Assembly (NCBI GenBank): GCA_963755915.1
Contig: CAVWLP010000002.1
Span: 1,408,001-1,472,000, forward strand
Direction of reading: 5' to 3'
DNA from: an uncultured Phycisphaerales bacterium
Lineage (GTDB): Bacteria; Planctomycetota; Phycisphaerae; Tepidisphaerales; Tepidisphaeraceae
DNA length: 64,000 bases
In this document: piece after piece, positions 9,855-20,429 of the stretch
Layout: every line of letters begins with the position of its first letter
Position numbering within the stretch: position 1 is the stretch's first letter
Translations under genes and position numbers: made by a program
Notes under the pieces: model-generated
Told to the model about the DNA's origin: nothing
The model's database searches: none
What the model saw: the letters and a program-made list of their open reading frames with translations, nothing else

Positions 9855-11085
9855 TTAGTGCACTAAATCTCCGAGATTGAAGACGGGCAACAACATGCTG
9901 ATGACGATCGTGCCGATGAACGCTGCCATCGACAGGAGCATCAGCGGCTCGGCAATGGCAACCAGCAGCCGAAGCGTGCGATCGAGTTCGGCCTCGTAAG
10001 TTGAGGCCATGCGCAAAAGCTCCTTGTCCAAACGGGCGGTTTCCTCTGCTACAGCGATCATCTCAACGACGGATGCGGGAAACAGCGTGTTATTGCCGCC
10101 CAGGCTCTTGGAAAGCGGCTCGCCGCGCTGAACCTGCTCGATGGCCTTGGAGACCGAGTCGGAAAGAATCTGGTTGCCGATGGCTTCACGCGCGACTTTC
10201 AGCGACGCCACCAGCGGCACGCCGGCGCCGATCAGCGTTCCGAGCATTCGCGAAAAACGCACCAGCGCGAACTGCGCAATCGTCTTACCCAGATAGGGCG
10301 TGGAAAGCATGGCCATTTCGATCCGCCGCCGTCCGCCTGGGGTGGCCGAAGCCCTTTTCCATGCGACGACCCCCGCGATGACGAGCCCCAGCACGATCAG
10401 CGAATAATGCCGAAGAACATTGCTGCACAAAATGACGAACTGGGTCAGCGCCGGAAGATTGGCGCCGAAGCTGGAGAAAATATTGCTGAACTGCGGGATG
10501 AAGAACGTCATCAGAAAGATCACCACCCCGACGGCCAGGCAGCCGAGGATGATCGGATAAACCATCGCCGCTTTAACCTTGCCCTTCAGCTCGTTTTCGC
10601 GGGCGCGGAAATCGGCGATCTGGCCCAGCACCGTGTCCAGGAACCCGCCCGCCTCGCCGGCGCGAACCATGGCGATGTAGATCGGCGAAAAGTTCTGCGG
10701 TTGCTTGGAGAGCGCCTCGGCCAGCGACGAACCGCCGACAACGTCGTCGTGAATCACACCCCAGTGATGCCGTGCCGCCGGATGCGAGGCCTCGCGCCGA
10801 AGCAGCGCCAGGGCCCGCGCCAGCGAAACTCCCCCCGCCAGCAGATTCGCCAGCTCTCGCGTGAACGATTCCACGACCTTCGCAGGCACCTTTTTGGGCT
10901 TCGCGACCTGGGTCCGCGCCTGGGCCTTTTTCGCCGCGGCGTCCAGGTCGCGCGCCTCTTCCAGCGTCACCGGCCTCAGGCCCTTGCGGCTCATTTCCGC
11001 CAGCGCCGTCGCGCGAGTCGCTCGTCAGCGTCCCGCTGGTACGCTGACCGTCTTTGCTCAATGCTGTGTAGGCGAATACCGACAT
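9855..11085 (-). CDS. gspF: T2SS inner membrane protein GspF (frameshift near 11010, probable sequencing error)
   Basis: MSVFAYTAL..GTL N-terminus in the 11085 frame; FTRELANLL, MVRAGEAGGFL, AMVYP, EPL in the 10994 frame. Confidence 0.92.
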
Positions 11086-11141
11086 TTTTTTACTTCTTTG
11101 TGCGTGCTTCCGATGGAGTCGCGGCTAAATAAATTCTCGCT

Positions 11142-12875
11142 TCATCCTTTCGAGCCGACGGCGATCTCCTCGTTCTTGGTCAGTCGCAAAACTTCTTCCG
11201 CGGTCGTGCGCCCCTCGCGCACCAGCCGCCAGCCGTCGTCACGCAAACTCGACATCCCCTCTTCCAGCGCCGTCTTGCGGATGTCGCGCGAGCTGGCGCG
11301 ATCCAGGAGCAGCGCGCGAATTTTGTCGCTGACGGGCATCATCTCGAAAACGCCCTGGCGGCCGCGGTATCCGGTCCCCAGGCAGTTCCGGCAGCCGGCG
11401 CCGCGGAAAAGCGTCGCCGGAACCTGATCGCCGTAATCCGCCCGCAGTTTATCCGTGTCGGACTGCGGCACTTCCGTCTTGCACTTGGAGCAGATAAGCC
11501 GGACCAGCCGCTGGGCGGCCACAAGCTCCAGCGTCGACGCCACCAGGTACGGCTCGATGCCCATGTCCACCAGGCGCGTGGTCGCGCCCGGCGCATCGTT
11601 TGTATGCAAGGTGCTGAAAACCAGGTGCCCGGTCAGCGACGCCTGCACCGCGATCTCCGCCGTCTCCCGGTCGCGGATTTCCCCGATCAGCACCACGTCC
11701 GGATCATGACGCAAAATCGAGCGAAGCCCCGATCCGAACGTCAGCCCCGATTTCGCGTTCACCTGGATCTGGTTGATCCCCCGAAGCTGGTACTCAACCG
11801 GGTCTTCGATCGTGATGATCTTCAGATCGACGTTGTTGATCTTTGAAAGCGCCGCGTAAAGCGTCGTCGTTTTGCCCGAGCCGGTCGGGCCGGTCACGAG
11901 CACAATTCCGTGCGGCAAATCCAGCACCTGCTGCCACACCTTCACCTCGCGCTGGCCCATTCCCAGGTGTTCCATTCCCAGCAGCGCGTCGCCGCGGTCC
12001 AGAATTCGCAGCACCACCGCCTCGCCGTGAATCATCGGGATCACGCTGACGCGCAGGTCGATTTCCCGCCCGGCGACCTTGAGCCGGATGCGCCCGTCCT
12101 GCGGCAGCCGCTTTTCCGCAATGTCCAGATGGCTCAGAATCTTGATGCGCGAAACGATCGCCGCGTGATATTTCTTCACCTGCGCGGGGATATTCGCCTC
12201 CTGCAGCACGCCGTCGATGCGATAGCGCACCCGAAGCTGCTGCTCGAACGGCTCCACGTGAACGTCCGTCGCCCGCAGCTCCAGCGCCTCGGCCATCACC
12301 TGATTCACGAACTTGATGATCGAAGCGTCGTGGGCGGCCGTGGAAAGATCGATATCTTCGTCCGAGGTGTCTTCCAGGACGGTGACGTTTTCATCCTCGC
12401 CCATCGACTGAAGCGTGTCCGCGCCGACGCCGAGATATTTCTTGATATACCGGTCGATATCCGCCGCCGGCGCCACGACCGGATGTAGATCGAGGCCGGT
12501 GGCCAGCCGCAGCTCATCGAGCCCGGCGTTATCGAAGATGCGCGAGGTGAGGATATGAATCCCCTCGCCGTTTCCGTTTTCCCCGTTGCCGTTCTCCCCC
12601 AGCGGCATAAGCTGCCGATCGAGCAGAATCCGCGCCGGGAATTTCGAAAGAAATTCGCGCAACGGCGCCAGCTTCGCCCCATCCTTTTCAAGGTCGATGT
12701 AGGGCACGTCGTAGTAGTCCGCGAGGAATCGAAGGATCTTGTCCTCCGGCACCCCGTTGACGGCCCGCAGCGCATCGTCAAGCGGCTTGCCCGCGGCGGT
12801 GGCATCGCTCACCTGCTGTGCCTTCTCGGCATCCAGCACGCCTTCGGAAACCATCTTGGACAGAACGTTTTTCAC
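11142..12875 (-). CDS. gspE: T2SS ATPase GspE
   Basis: Walker A GPTGSGKTTT, ITIEDPVEY, LRHDPDVVLIGEIRD, GHLVFSTLH, CxxC...CxxC. Confidence 0.96.
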   Translation of the reverse strand: MKNVLSKMVSEGVLDAEKAQQVSDATAAGKPLDDALRAVNGVPEDKILRFLADYYDVPYIDLEKDGAKLAPLREFLSKFPARILLDRQLMPLGENGNGENGNGEGIHILTSRIFDNAGLDELRLATGLDLHPVVAPAADIDRYIKKYLGVGADTLQSMGEDENVTVLEDTSDEDIDLSTAAHDASIIKFVNQVMAEALELRATDVHVEPFEQQLRVRYRIDGVLQEANIPAQVKKYHAAIVSRIKILSHLDIAEKRLPQDGRIRLKVAGREIDLRVSVIPMIHGEAVVLRILDRGDALLGMEHLGMGQREVKVWQQVLDLPHGIVLVTGPTGSGKTTTLYAALSKINNVDLKIITIEDPVEYQLRGINQIQVNAKSGLTFGSGLRSILRHDPDVVLIGEIRDRETAEIAVQASLTGHLVFSTLHTNDAPGATTRLVDMGIEPYLVASTLELVAAQRLVRLICSKCKTEVPQSDTDKLRADYGDQVPATLFRGAGCRNCLGTGYRGRQGVFEMMPVSDKIRALLLDRASSRDIRKTALEEGMSSLRDDGWRLVREGRTTAEEVLRLTKNEEIAVGSKG

Positions 12876-12916
12876 TTCAAAATCCTTCGTCCCGAAAATC
12901 CTTCGCTCCGGTGAGC

Positions 12917-12948
12917 AGGGGCCTGCCAGCAGTTTCCGGCAGGCCCCT
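12917..12948. terminator. GC-rich hairpin upstream of gspE
   Basis: AGGGGCCTGCC / GGCAGGCCCCT perfect 11-bp stem; no strong U-tract. Confidence 0.4.
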
Positions 12949-12981
12949 CAATTCACCGTTTCAAACCCTTTGTCGCGTACC

Positions 12982-13602
12982 TTAGTCGAGGTAACCCATC
13001 AGCACCATTACAGCTTCCTGACGCTGAGTGAGCACCGACTTGAGGTCCTGCTGTGCAACGACAAGATCCTGCCGCGCCTTCGAACGCGCATCGCGAAGAA
13101 TCTGTAGCTTCCCCTTGATGTCGTCCGGCGAGGCGTTCTGATCGTCCAGCGTTGTCTGAAGGTCCGTCATCGCGGCTTGCACGGCTGAAGGCTGAGTGGT
13201 CGCGCCACCGCCGCCGAATCCACCACCACCACCACCGCCGCCGCGACCGCCAAACATGCGGCCCCTGCCCGGATTGGCGTCGCGCTGATCCTGCATGACG
13301 GCAACGATCTTCGGCTGAATCGCCGCGAATTCATCGTCGCTGGCGCCCAATTGCAGCTGGATGCGCTGCAGCATGCGCTGCTGGAACTGGGCGGGGTCGA
13401 AGTTTCCGCCGCGCCGGCCGAAGCCGCCGTTTCCACCACCACCGCCGCCCCCTCCTCCGCCCCCACCGCCGCCATTACCACCGGCCGCGCCACCGCCTCC
13501 GCCGCCGTTGTCTCCGCCATTGGCCTGGCCCAAAACGGGCAACGTCAGAAGGCACACCAGCAGTGCCGACATCAAAAATCCGAATTTCTTCGGTACCGAC
13601 AT
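12982..13602 (-). CDS. Secreted Gly-rich helical hypothetical protein
   Basis: AAGGAG before ATG at 13602; signal peptide; helical segments separated by poly-Gly. Confidence 0.7.
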   Translation of the reverse strand: MSVPKKFGFLMSALLVCLLTLPVLGQANGGDNGGGGGGAAGGNGGGGGGGGGGGGGGNGGFGRRGGNFDPAQFQQRMLQRIQLQLGASDDEFAAIQPKIVAVMQDQRDANPGRGRMFGGRGGGGGGGGFGGGGATTQPSAVQAAMTDLQTTLDDQNASPDDIKGKLQILRDARSKARQDLVVAQQDLKSVLTQRQEAVMVLMGYLD

Positions 13603-13705
13603 AGGGAATCTCCTTTCATTGAATATTGTCTCTCCCCCGGAAAACGTTTCCGATGGGCGATCTTTTTCTTTCGTTCGAACTCTCATCCGTTTCTTTTGTC
13701 CTGTC

Positions 13706-14254
13706 TTAATTCGAGGGCACCGTGCTCGCACTTGGCTGCGTGCCCATGCCCATCGATCCCGATCCGGGTCCATGTCTGTGCCGATTTTGAAACTGCTTCG
13801 TGAGAATGTCCCAGTTTGGTTGCTGGGCCGGCGTTAAAAGCGCCCGGCTGCGTTTGTTGGCGTCCGCAAGGATCGCTTCACGCTGCTTGTCCAGCCCTTC
13901 TCGCTGGGACCGAAAACTCTGGTCGATCTCGTTGTACTTCTCCCGCTGCGCCGGATCGAGCAGGGCCAAAATCGCGTCCTCACGCTTCTTTTCCATCTCC
14001 CACCGCTGTTGCGAGAGCTTTTGCATCTGCTGCCGAGTGTCGCCCCAGATTTTGTCCATCTGCGTCTTCTGGTCGGCGCTGAGGTCGAGCTGGTCGAACC
14101 ACGGACGCGGGCCGCTGGGCATGCCGGGCGCGGGCGATTCCACCTTTTGCAGCGGAGTCCACACCCACCCCAGCACCACACCGGCGCCAAGCGTGAGGAC
14201 GACCGTAATTAAAAGAAGAAACGCTTTTCTTCGTCCCATATTTCCGCCGTTCAA
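13706..14254 (-). CDS. Spy/CpxP-like (LTxxQ) periplasmic protein
   Basis: N-terminal TM; LDLSADQ, LLDPAQ, LLTPAQ motifs; start may be 14239. Confidence 0.7.
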   Translation of the reverse strand: MNGGNMGRRKAFLLLITVVLTLGAGVVLGWVWTPLQKVESPAPGMPSGPRPWFDQLDLSADQKTQMDKIWGDTRQQMQKLSQQRWEMEKKREDAILALLDPAQREKYNEIDQSFRSQREGLDKQREAILADANKRSRALLTPAQQPNWDILTKQFQNRHRHGPGSGSMGMGTQPSASTVPSN

Positions 14255-14290
14255 ACAATCCGGACGATCCGGCCAATTAAGGCCAACGAA

Positions 14291-14779
14291 TCAGGGGTTG
14301 TTATCCCCGCCCCGGCTCGAATCATCCGTCAGATACCACATCGCGGCCGGCGTGGTGGACGCCCCCGTGGAGGAGTCGGATGCTTCCGCAACATCCACAC
14401 CCACCCACGGGGGCGCCGCCGGCGTCGTATTCTCAACCGTTCGGTCCTGCCGCGACCTCATCACCAAAAACGCTGATCCCGCAATCAGCACGCAGGCGGC
14501 GACCGTGTTAAGCACCCGAACAAACCGCATGAGGCCTTCTTCCATCGCCTGCTCGACACGCCGATGCAGACGATGCAGCCCGATCTGAGACAGCTTTGCC
14601 GCCGGATACTCGGCCACAAGCGTCGATAGCGCGCCCAGGCGGGCGAGCTCGGTGCTGCAGGCTGGGCAGACGGGCAGGTGGCGCTGAATTTCCAGCCGGA
14701 GAGCTTCATCAAGCTCGCCGTCGTGGTAAGCGCTCAACTGCTGACTCGTCGGACAGGAGGCCATATTCATTCCATTCAC
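14291..14779 (-). CDS. Zinc-binding anti-sigma factor (zf-HC2) with TM
   Basis: LSAYHDGEL...HLPVCPAC (HxxxCxxC); adjacent to ECF sigma. Confidence 0.9.
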   Translation of the reverse strand: MNGMNMASCPTSQQLSAYHDGELDEALRLEIQRHLPVCPACSTELARLGALSTLVAEYPAAKLSQIGLHRLHRRVEQAMEEGLMRFVRVLNTVAACVLIAGSAFLVMRSRQDRTVENTTPAAPPWVGVDVAEASDSSTGASTTPAAMWYLTDDSSRGGDNNP

Positions 14780-14780
14780 T

Positions 14781-15344
14781 TCAGGGCAAATACGATTTCA
14801 ATTTCTCTTTCAATTCGGCCCGGGCCCTGTGCAGTCGGGATTCAACCGTTCCGCGCGGGACATCGAGCACATCGGCGATCTCTTCATACGTCATCCTCTC
14901 AAACTCTCGCAGCAAAAGGACCTGCTGATGGTCCGCCGAAAGCTGCCGGATGGCGGCCCGAACATCGATCGCCGACTCGGCGCCGCCCGATGGGGCAGCC
15001 ACGGTATCCGGCATCGTCTCGGCCGATCGTCGCGAACGATCTCTTCGCCAGCGGGCCGCCTGGTTCACCAGAATCCGGGTGAGCCAGGTCTTCACCGACG
15101 CGCGGCCCTCAAACGATTTGAGGCCGCGGAACGCGCCGACGAACGTCTCCTGGAGCACGTCCTCGGCGTCGGTGGCGTTGCCGATCAGACTGACGGCCAG
15201 CCGAAACAGGCGCTGGGCGTGGCGATCGACCAGAGCATGGAATGCCGCTGAATCGCCGTCCTCGGCGCGTCGCAAGAGTTTGATGTCATCCGCCTCCGGG
15301 CTAATGTCTGCCACCTGCGGCGTCTCCCTCGAAGGCTTACCCAT
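14781..15344 (-). CDS. ECF RNA polymerase sigma factor
   Basis: DAEDVLQETF, TWLTRILVN, YEEIADVLDVPRGTVESRLHRAR. Confidence 0.95.
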   Translation of the reverse strand: MGKPSRETPQVADISPEADDIKLLRRAEDGDSAAFHALVDRHAQRLFRLAVSLIGNATDAEDVLQETFVGAFRGLKSFEGRASVKTWLTRILVNQAARWRRDRSRRSAETMPDTVAAPSGGAESAIDVRAAIRQLSADHQQVLLLREFERMTYEEIADVLDVPRGTVESRLHRARAELKEKLKSYLP

Positions 15345-15640
15345 TGCCGACGGTCAGAATGAAATTCACGCATTCCGAATGCATAGTTCCGGGTAGAATC
15401 GGAATTCTTCCATGGGGAGCGGGATTTTCTGCGAGCCGAAATGTTTTTGGCGCGAACAATACATTACAAAACTTTACAGTCCGCGACAATATGGGTTGTG
15501 TGGGTAGACTGGGCAGTATTTATGGTTATTGGACGTTTTCGTAGAGCCTGCTCCGAAATTCGAAACTCGATGTTCGAAAGGGGGAAGCATGGGGCATTGG
15601 CTCCGTCTAAAAAATAACGGCGAGATATCATTCCATGTCC

Positions 15641-16331
15641 ATGGTTATGGACAATCATCGGCGATCGTGGTTGCCTGAGCAGTCGCTTTACATTCCGATT
15701 CCGCGCGGCCCGTTCTACCTCCTGAGCGTCGCGATCGGATTGGCCGTTACGGTGGCATTTCTTGGGTTCTTCTGCGCTGGCGGTGAAAAATCTGCTTGAT
15801 TTCCGCGGCTCGTCGATTCTGGCAGACGTCGCCTCGGCGCTGTGGATCCTGCTCGTATCGGTCGTGACCGGCGGCATGCTCTACGCCAATGGGCCGAAGC
15901 AGGCGGTCGTAAATTTTCTGGGACATTTTTCGCGGAAACATTTTGCGGCATTGGTCCCCACCGGCGAGGGGCAGGGGCGGGTTGGATTTGGGTTTCAGCT
16001 TTTCGGATTGAAGTTTTATCGCCTTCTCGCCGACCTCGCGATGGTCGATTGGTCCAGCGGTCAGGGGAGCCACTTCGCCCGCAAGGATATCGGCGACTGG
16101 GACGTCGCGGTATGGGTGAGCCGGGAGTCCATTCGCGGCACCCGGCCGCCGGGCCTCGGTCATGACGCGATGGTCGTCTATCTCGCGGGATTCTGCCATC
16201 CGCGATCGATCGTTGAAAGCTTTGGGCGGGAGCTGGTGGAGTTTCTTCAGCGGGCGGGGGTGGATTTGCGGGCGGAGGGGGAATCGGGACACAGGTTTAC
16301 GATCGGGCGATCGCCTGCCGAAAAAGTCTGA
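15641..16331 (+). CDS. Hypothetical membrane protein (probable frameshift near 15765)
   Basis: Hydrophobic ORF from ATG 15641 continues into the 15762-16331 frame. Confidence 0.4.
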
Positions 16332-16360
16332 TCCTAAGATCATTTTCAGGAGTCAAGGTC

Positions 16361-16822
16361 ATGGCTGAACACACGGCAGTAATCCGCTGGGAATTTCGCG
16401 GCGGGGATTTTTTGAAGGGGAAGTATTCGCGCGAGCATACCTGGACGTTTGACGGCGGACTGACGGTCCCGGCAGCGCCGGCGCCGGCAAACGTGCCGGT
16501 GGCGTTTGGGAACCCGGCCAACGTGGATCCGGAAGAGGCGTTCGTGGCGGCGCTTTCAAGCTGCCATATGCTCACCTTTCTGTTCGTGGCCTTTCGCGCG
16601 GGATTTAGCGTGGAGCGCTACGAGGATTCCGCAGTGGGAGTGACGAGCAAAAATGAGCGCGGGGCAAGCTGGGTCAGCGAAGTGACGCTGCGGCCGAAGA
16701 TCGTGTATGGAGCGGAAAAATCGCCGTCGCCGGCTGAGGAGGAGGCGTTGCATCACGCGGCGCACGAACAGTGCATCATCGCGAACTCGGTGAGGACAGA
16801 GGTAAAGGTAATGAAAGGGTAA
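16361..16822 (+). CDS. OsmC/Ohr family protein
   Basis: YSREHTWTFDGG, DPEEAFVAALSSCHML, AHEQCIIANSV; AGGAG RBS. Confidence 0.92.
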   Translation: MAEHTAVIRWEFRGGDFLKGKYSREHTWTFDGGLTVPAAPAPANVPVAFGNPANVDPEEAFVAALSSCHMLTFLFVAFRAGFSVERYEDSAVGVTSKNERGASWVSEVTLRPKIVYGAEKSPSPAEEEALHHAAHEQCIIANSVRTEVKVMKG

Positions 16823-17069
16823 AAACGGCGGAATCCTTTCGGGTTTCCGGGATCTTTTATTCTATTTGATGTATGCGGGAATCAAATCGCTCTTTACTAG
16901 AAGATATGGGAAGAAGATTTTTTTCGGTTGCGGTTTGAGTGACGAGTTGGACGCATGGGCTCGTATATCACGGGCGGCTCCGCTGCGGGGGCACATGGCT
17001 TGCCCTGGTTACGGTCGGGGCGTCGTTCAGGTGTTGGGCAGGAGCTTTTCACATCGTCGGGCGCTAAGT

Positions 17070-17672
17070 TCAGGACGGCGTTTCAGGTAAGCCGACAGTC
17101 GGGAGTTGACGAATCGCGGTGATAACCGCATGTGCGCGGTGAAAAAGACGGGACAGGGCATGGCGATTATGTCCGAGGTCCTGGTCGGGGCCCTCGGCGG
17201 TCCAGACGCCCATCGTTGTGAGGAGATAAAATCTGCTGTGTTGAGGATGAGGCAAAGGGTAGCTTTCCGTGAATTGCATTAGTGAAAGGCTTGCAATTGC
17301 GGAATTGACAAACTCGGTTGTCACAGCAGTGACGGACTTGTGGTCGCCCGCGCCGATTACACCGCCGCCCGTACTGAGATAGAGGCTAGTGGTTCCGTCG
17401 AGCAATGCGACGAGCGTTGCCACTGCGCCTTTGTATCCGGATTCCATAAGAGCGCCGATGTTGCCCTCGAATCCGGAAGCTGCTCGTTCGGTTGGGAGAC
17501 GAAGTACCCCGTCGCGTAAGCCGCAATAGACGGGCGCGGGCGAATAGTCGTCGGATGGATGTGTTAGTGAAGGCTGCAAGACTGTTCCATGTAGATATTC
17601 GACCGGGACGACGGAGCTCAGCTCGTTTGCCGGGCGGACGTTTTGGCAACACTTGAGTGAAACGATCGCCAT
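17070..17672 (-). CDS. Hypothetical protein (start uncertain)
   Basis: Protein-like core ATLVALLDGTTSLYLSTGGGVIGAG...RFYLLT. Confidence 0.6.
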   Translation of the reverse strand: MAIVSLKCCQNVRPANELSSVVPVEYLHGTVLQPSLTHPSDDYSPAPVYCGLRDGVLRLPTERAASGFEGNIGALMESGYKGAVATLVALLDGTTSLYLSTGGGVIGAGDHKSVTAVTTEFVNSAIASLSLMQFTESYPLPHPQHSRFYLLTTMGVWTAEGPDQDLGHNRHALSRLFHRAHAVITAIRQLPTVGLPETPS

Positions 17673-17812
17673 CTGGGCGGTGGCTCAAAGGAGTTTCCCA
17701 GAAGCGCCAAAAATTGGAAAGGGCGGCTTGCCCCTGTGCCGGAGGTGAGGGGATTTCGCTAAGGGTGATTGGCGGAATCAACCGCAGCATGACCATGCTG
17801 TGGCTTTTGGGG

Positions 17813-20313
17813 TCAGGGCAGTGAGATCCGATCGATCACCACGCCCGGATCGACCGCGCTGATTTTCAACGTGTGTTTGCCGGGACTCAGGCCCATGAGC
17901 GGGATTTGCAGGAGCGACTCGTTGTCCTGGACGGTGTTTCTGCGTACCGGGCCATTCTCGTCTTCGGCGCCGGCGGAGCCGGGGACTTCCATCGTTTGCG
18001 GAGGTTGCGTGTCAATGGTTATCGCGACGCGGAGCTTTGTTCCGGGGTAGATGCGGAAAGTGGGGAGGAAGGCGATCTGGGCTTGCAGGTTGGATTCATT
18101 TGTGATTTGGAAACCACACACCAATGCCGGAGCAGCGGTGTCGGAGCTGGCGAAAGGGGTTTGGAGATTTGATGGTTCAAGTGCGACTGCGCGGCCGGAT
18201 TGGCCCAGGCCTTCGATGACTTGCCAGCTGACTTTCGAGGGACCAGAAATAGAAAGCGCGTCGGCGGCATCGCGCCAGGGCAGGGATCGCGGTGGTGGTG
18301 AAGGGTGAGATGGCGTTGGCGGTTCGCCCCACGGCCAGCGGACCTGACTTGACCATTTGGTCAGGTCTTTGTTGGTTTCCAGGCCGGGCATCATAAAGTG
18401 CCATTTACCGCCGGCGAGCTGGGTGTTGTAGTTTTCGACCTGCGATTCGAGATCAGTGCGAAGGACATTAATTGCGGATTGGAAAGGTTCCGGGCCGTTG
18501 CCGTACTGGATCTGGCGATCGGCCATGAAGATTAAACCGGTCTCGGCGAGCACCTGTGCGGGGAAGCCGATGGTTTCGGTATACGCGTCGCGCTGGGCAG
18601 GGGAGATTGAGGCGGCGAGATTCTTCTCGAGGGTGAGGAGGGCCATGTAGTCATGTTCGAGTTTCATGACTTCGTAATTGGGGAGCGAAAGGGCCCAGGC
18701 GCGGTTCATCAGCTCGGGTTTGCGGATGGTGCCGAGGCGATAAAAGTCCATGAGAAGATCGGCGATGGGCTGGGCGGAATTTTCACCGAAGGTTTTGGCG
18801 GCGAAATCTTTGAGGAAGATGGGCTGCGAGTCGGGGCCGAGATTTTGCGGGCTCCAGGCCAGGGCCGCGTAGTAGCTGATGCCGATCTCGGCTGGCTTGA
18901 TGTCGCCGACGTTGACGACCCACAGATTTCCCGCGCCATTTTCCCACGCTTTGTGCAACTCTTCCCACATCAAGGCGGGGGCTGTGGTGTTGATCCAGGT
19001 GTAGGAGTGGGGGGAGCCGTAGTAGGAGATGTGATAGTAGACGCCTGCGCCGCCGGGGCGGGTCCGCTCTTGGGGCGTGCTGAGCCGGCGGATATAGCCG
19101 AAGTTGTCATCCGCCCAGACGAGCGTGACGTCGGGCGGGACCTGGAGGCCCGCGTCATAGATCGGCTGCACTTCTTTATAGGGCACGAAGCACTGGGCGA
19201 CGGGGCCGAATTGTTTGGAGGCATATTCGTCGAGCAATTGCCGTTGGTCGGCGATGACCTGGGTGACGGTTTTGACTCGCGTGGAGATATTTTTGGGGCC
19301 TTCCATCGGAGCATCGTGGATGCCGCGGATGCCCAGGGTCCAGACGGCTTCGTAGGGCCCGCGCGCTTGGGCGGCAGTTTCCCAATAGGTGTGGATGGCG
19401 TCGCGATTTTTGGTGTAGTCCCATGGGCCCTGCGTTTTTTCCTTCCAATGTACGTTGTTGCAGAGCATCGGCTCACAATGCGATGAGCCGGCGACGATCC
19501 CGTAATCGTCGGCGAGCTGAAAGTTTTCGGGGATCGAGCCGAACTCAGTCGTGCACCCGTGCATGGCGGGCCAGATGTAATTGAGGCGCAGGCGAAGGAG
19601 AAGCTCAAAGACTTTCGCGTAGGTTTTGGGGCCGATGTTTCCGAGGGTGGGGTCGAAGGTTTTGCTGGCCCAGGGGTTGATGCCCCAGTCTTCGTCGTTG
19701 ATGAAGATGCCGCGGTATTTGACGGTGGGTGCGTCGGTGTACGGGGTGGGGAGGGAGAGGTAGAGGGCGGATTTTGAGCCGGGGCGACGTCGGCCCACCA
19801 GTACCACGGCGAGACGCCGATGGCCTGGGAGAGGGTGAAGACGCCGAAGGCCGTGCCGCGGCGGTCGCTGCCGGCGATGACCAGGGCGGAGGGGATGTTG
19901 GGGGCGGGGTTGGGAATCACGGCGATGGTGAAGGCTTCCCATTTGTTTTTGATTTTTGAGACGTCGAGTTTGTTGGATCGCGCGAGGGAGTCGATAACAG
20001 AGTTATTGCCCAGGGTGCCGATGAGGATTTCGGGGGATTCCGCCGGTGAGGACACGGCTCGACTGAGCTCGCCGAAGTCCGGCGGCACTTGTGACACGAT
20101 CGGCTTGCGGCCGGTGACGCGCTGAATGTCCTCCGAGAATAAGTTGGCGGCGATCTGGACGACTTTGGCGTCGTGGGGGTCGGTACGGATGGTGGCGAGT
20201 TGGGAGGGGGTGACGAGGGGGAAGGACGTGGGGGATTCGGAAATTGATAGGTCGGCGGCGCGGGCGAGTGTTGCAATGAGGAGAAGAAGGGCGGGAAGGA
20301 GAGTGCGAATCAT
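17813..20313 (-). CDS. GH115 family glycoside hydrolase (alpha-glucuronidase-like), secreted; frameshift near 19780
   Basis: IAGSDRRGTAFG..GVSPWYWWADV; YRGIFINDEDWG; YIWPAMH; SSHCEPM; LVWADDNFGYIRRL; VVNVGDIKPAE. Confidence 0.9.
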
Positions 20314-20388
20314 GGAGTTTCCGTTGGTTGAACGAGCGCTGGAGTTTAACCGGAAGTGAATTTTTGGTCTGCGCGGAGTGATGTCAGG

Positions 20389-20429
20389 CCCTCACCCCTG
20401 CCCTCTCCCAGAGTACTGGGAGAGGGAGG
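20389..20429. repeat. REP-like palindrome
   Basis: CCCTCACCCC-TGCCCTCTCCCAG..CTGGGAGAGGG; related copy at 37701-37741. Confidence 0.7.

Noticed and set aside
15360-15395. ECF autoregulatory promoter GGAAC..CGT upstream of the sigma gene
   Set aside because: The 15-nt spacer is short and I found no convincing second copy in the cluster
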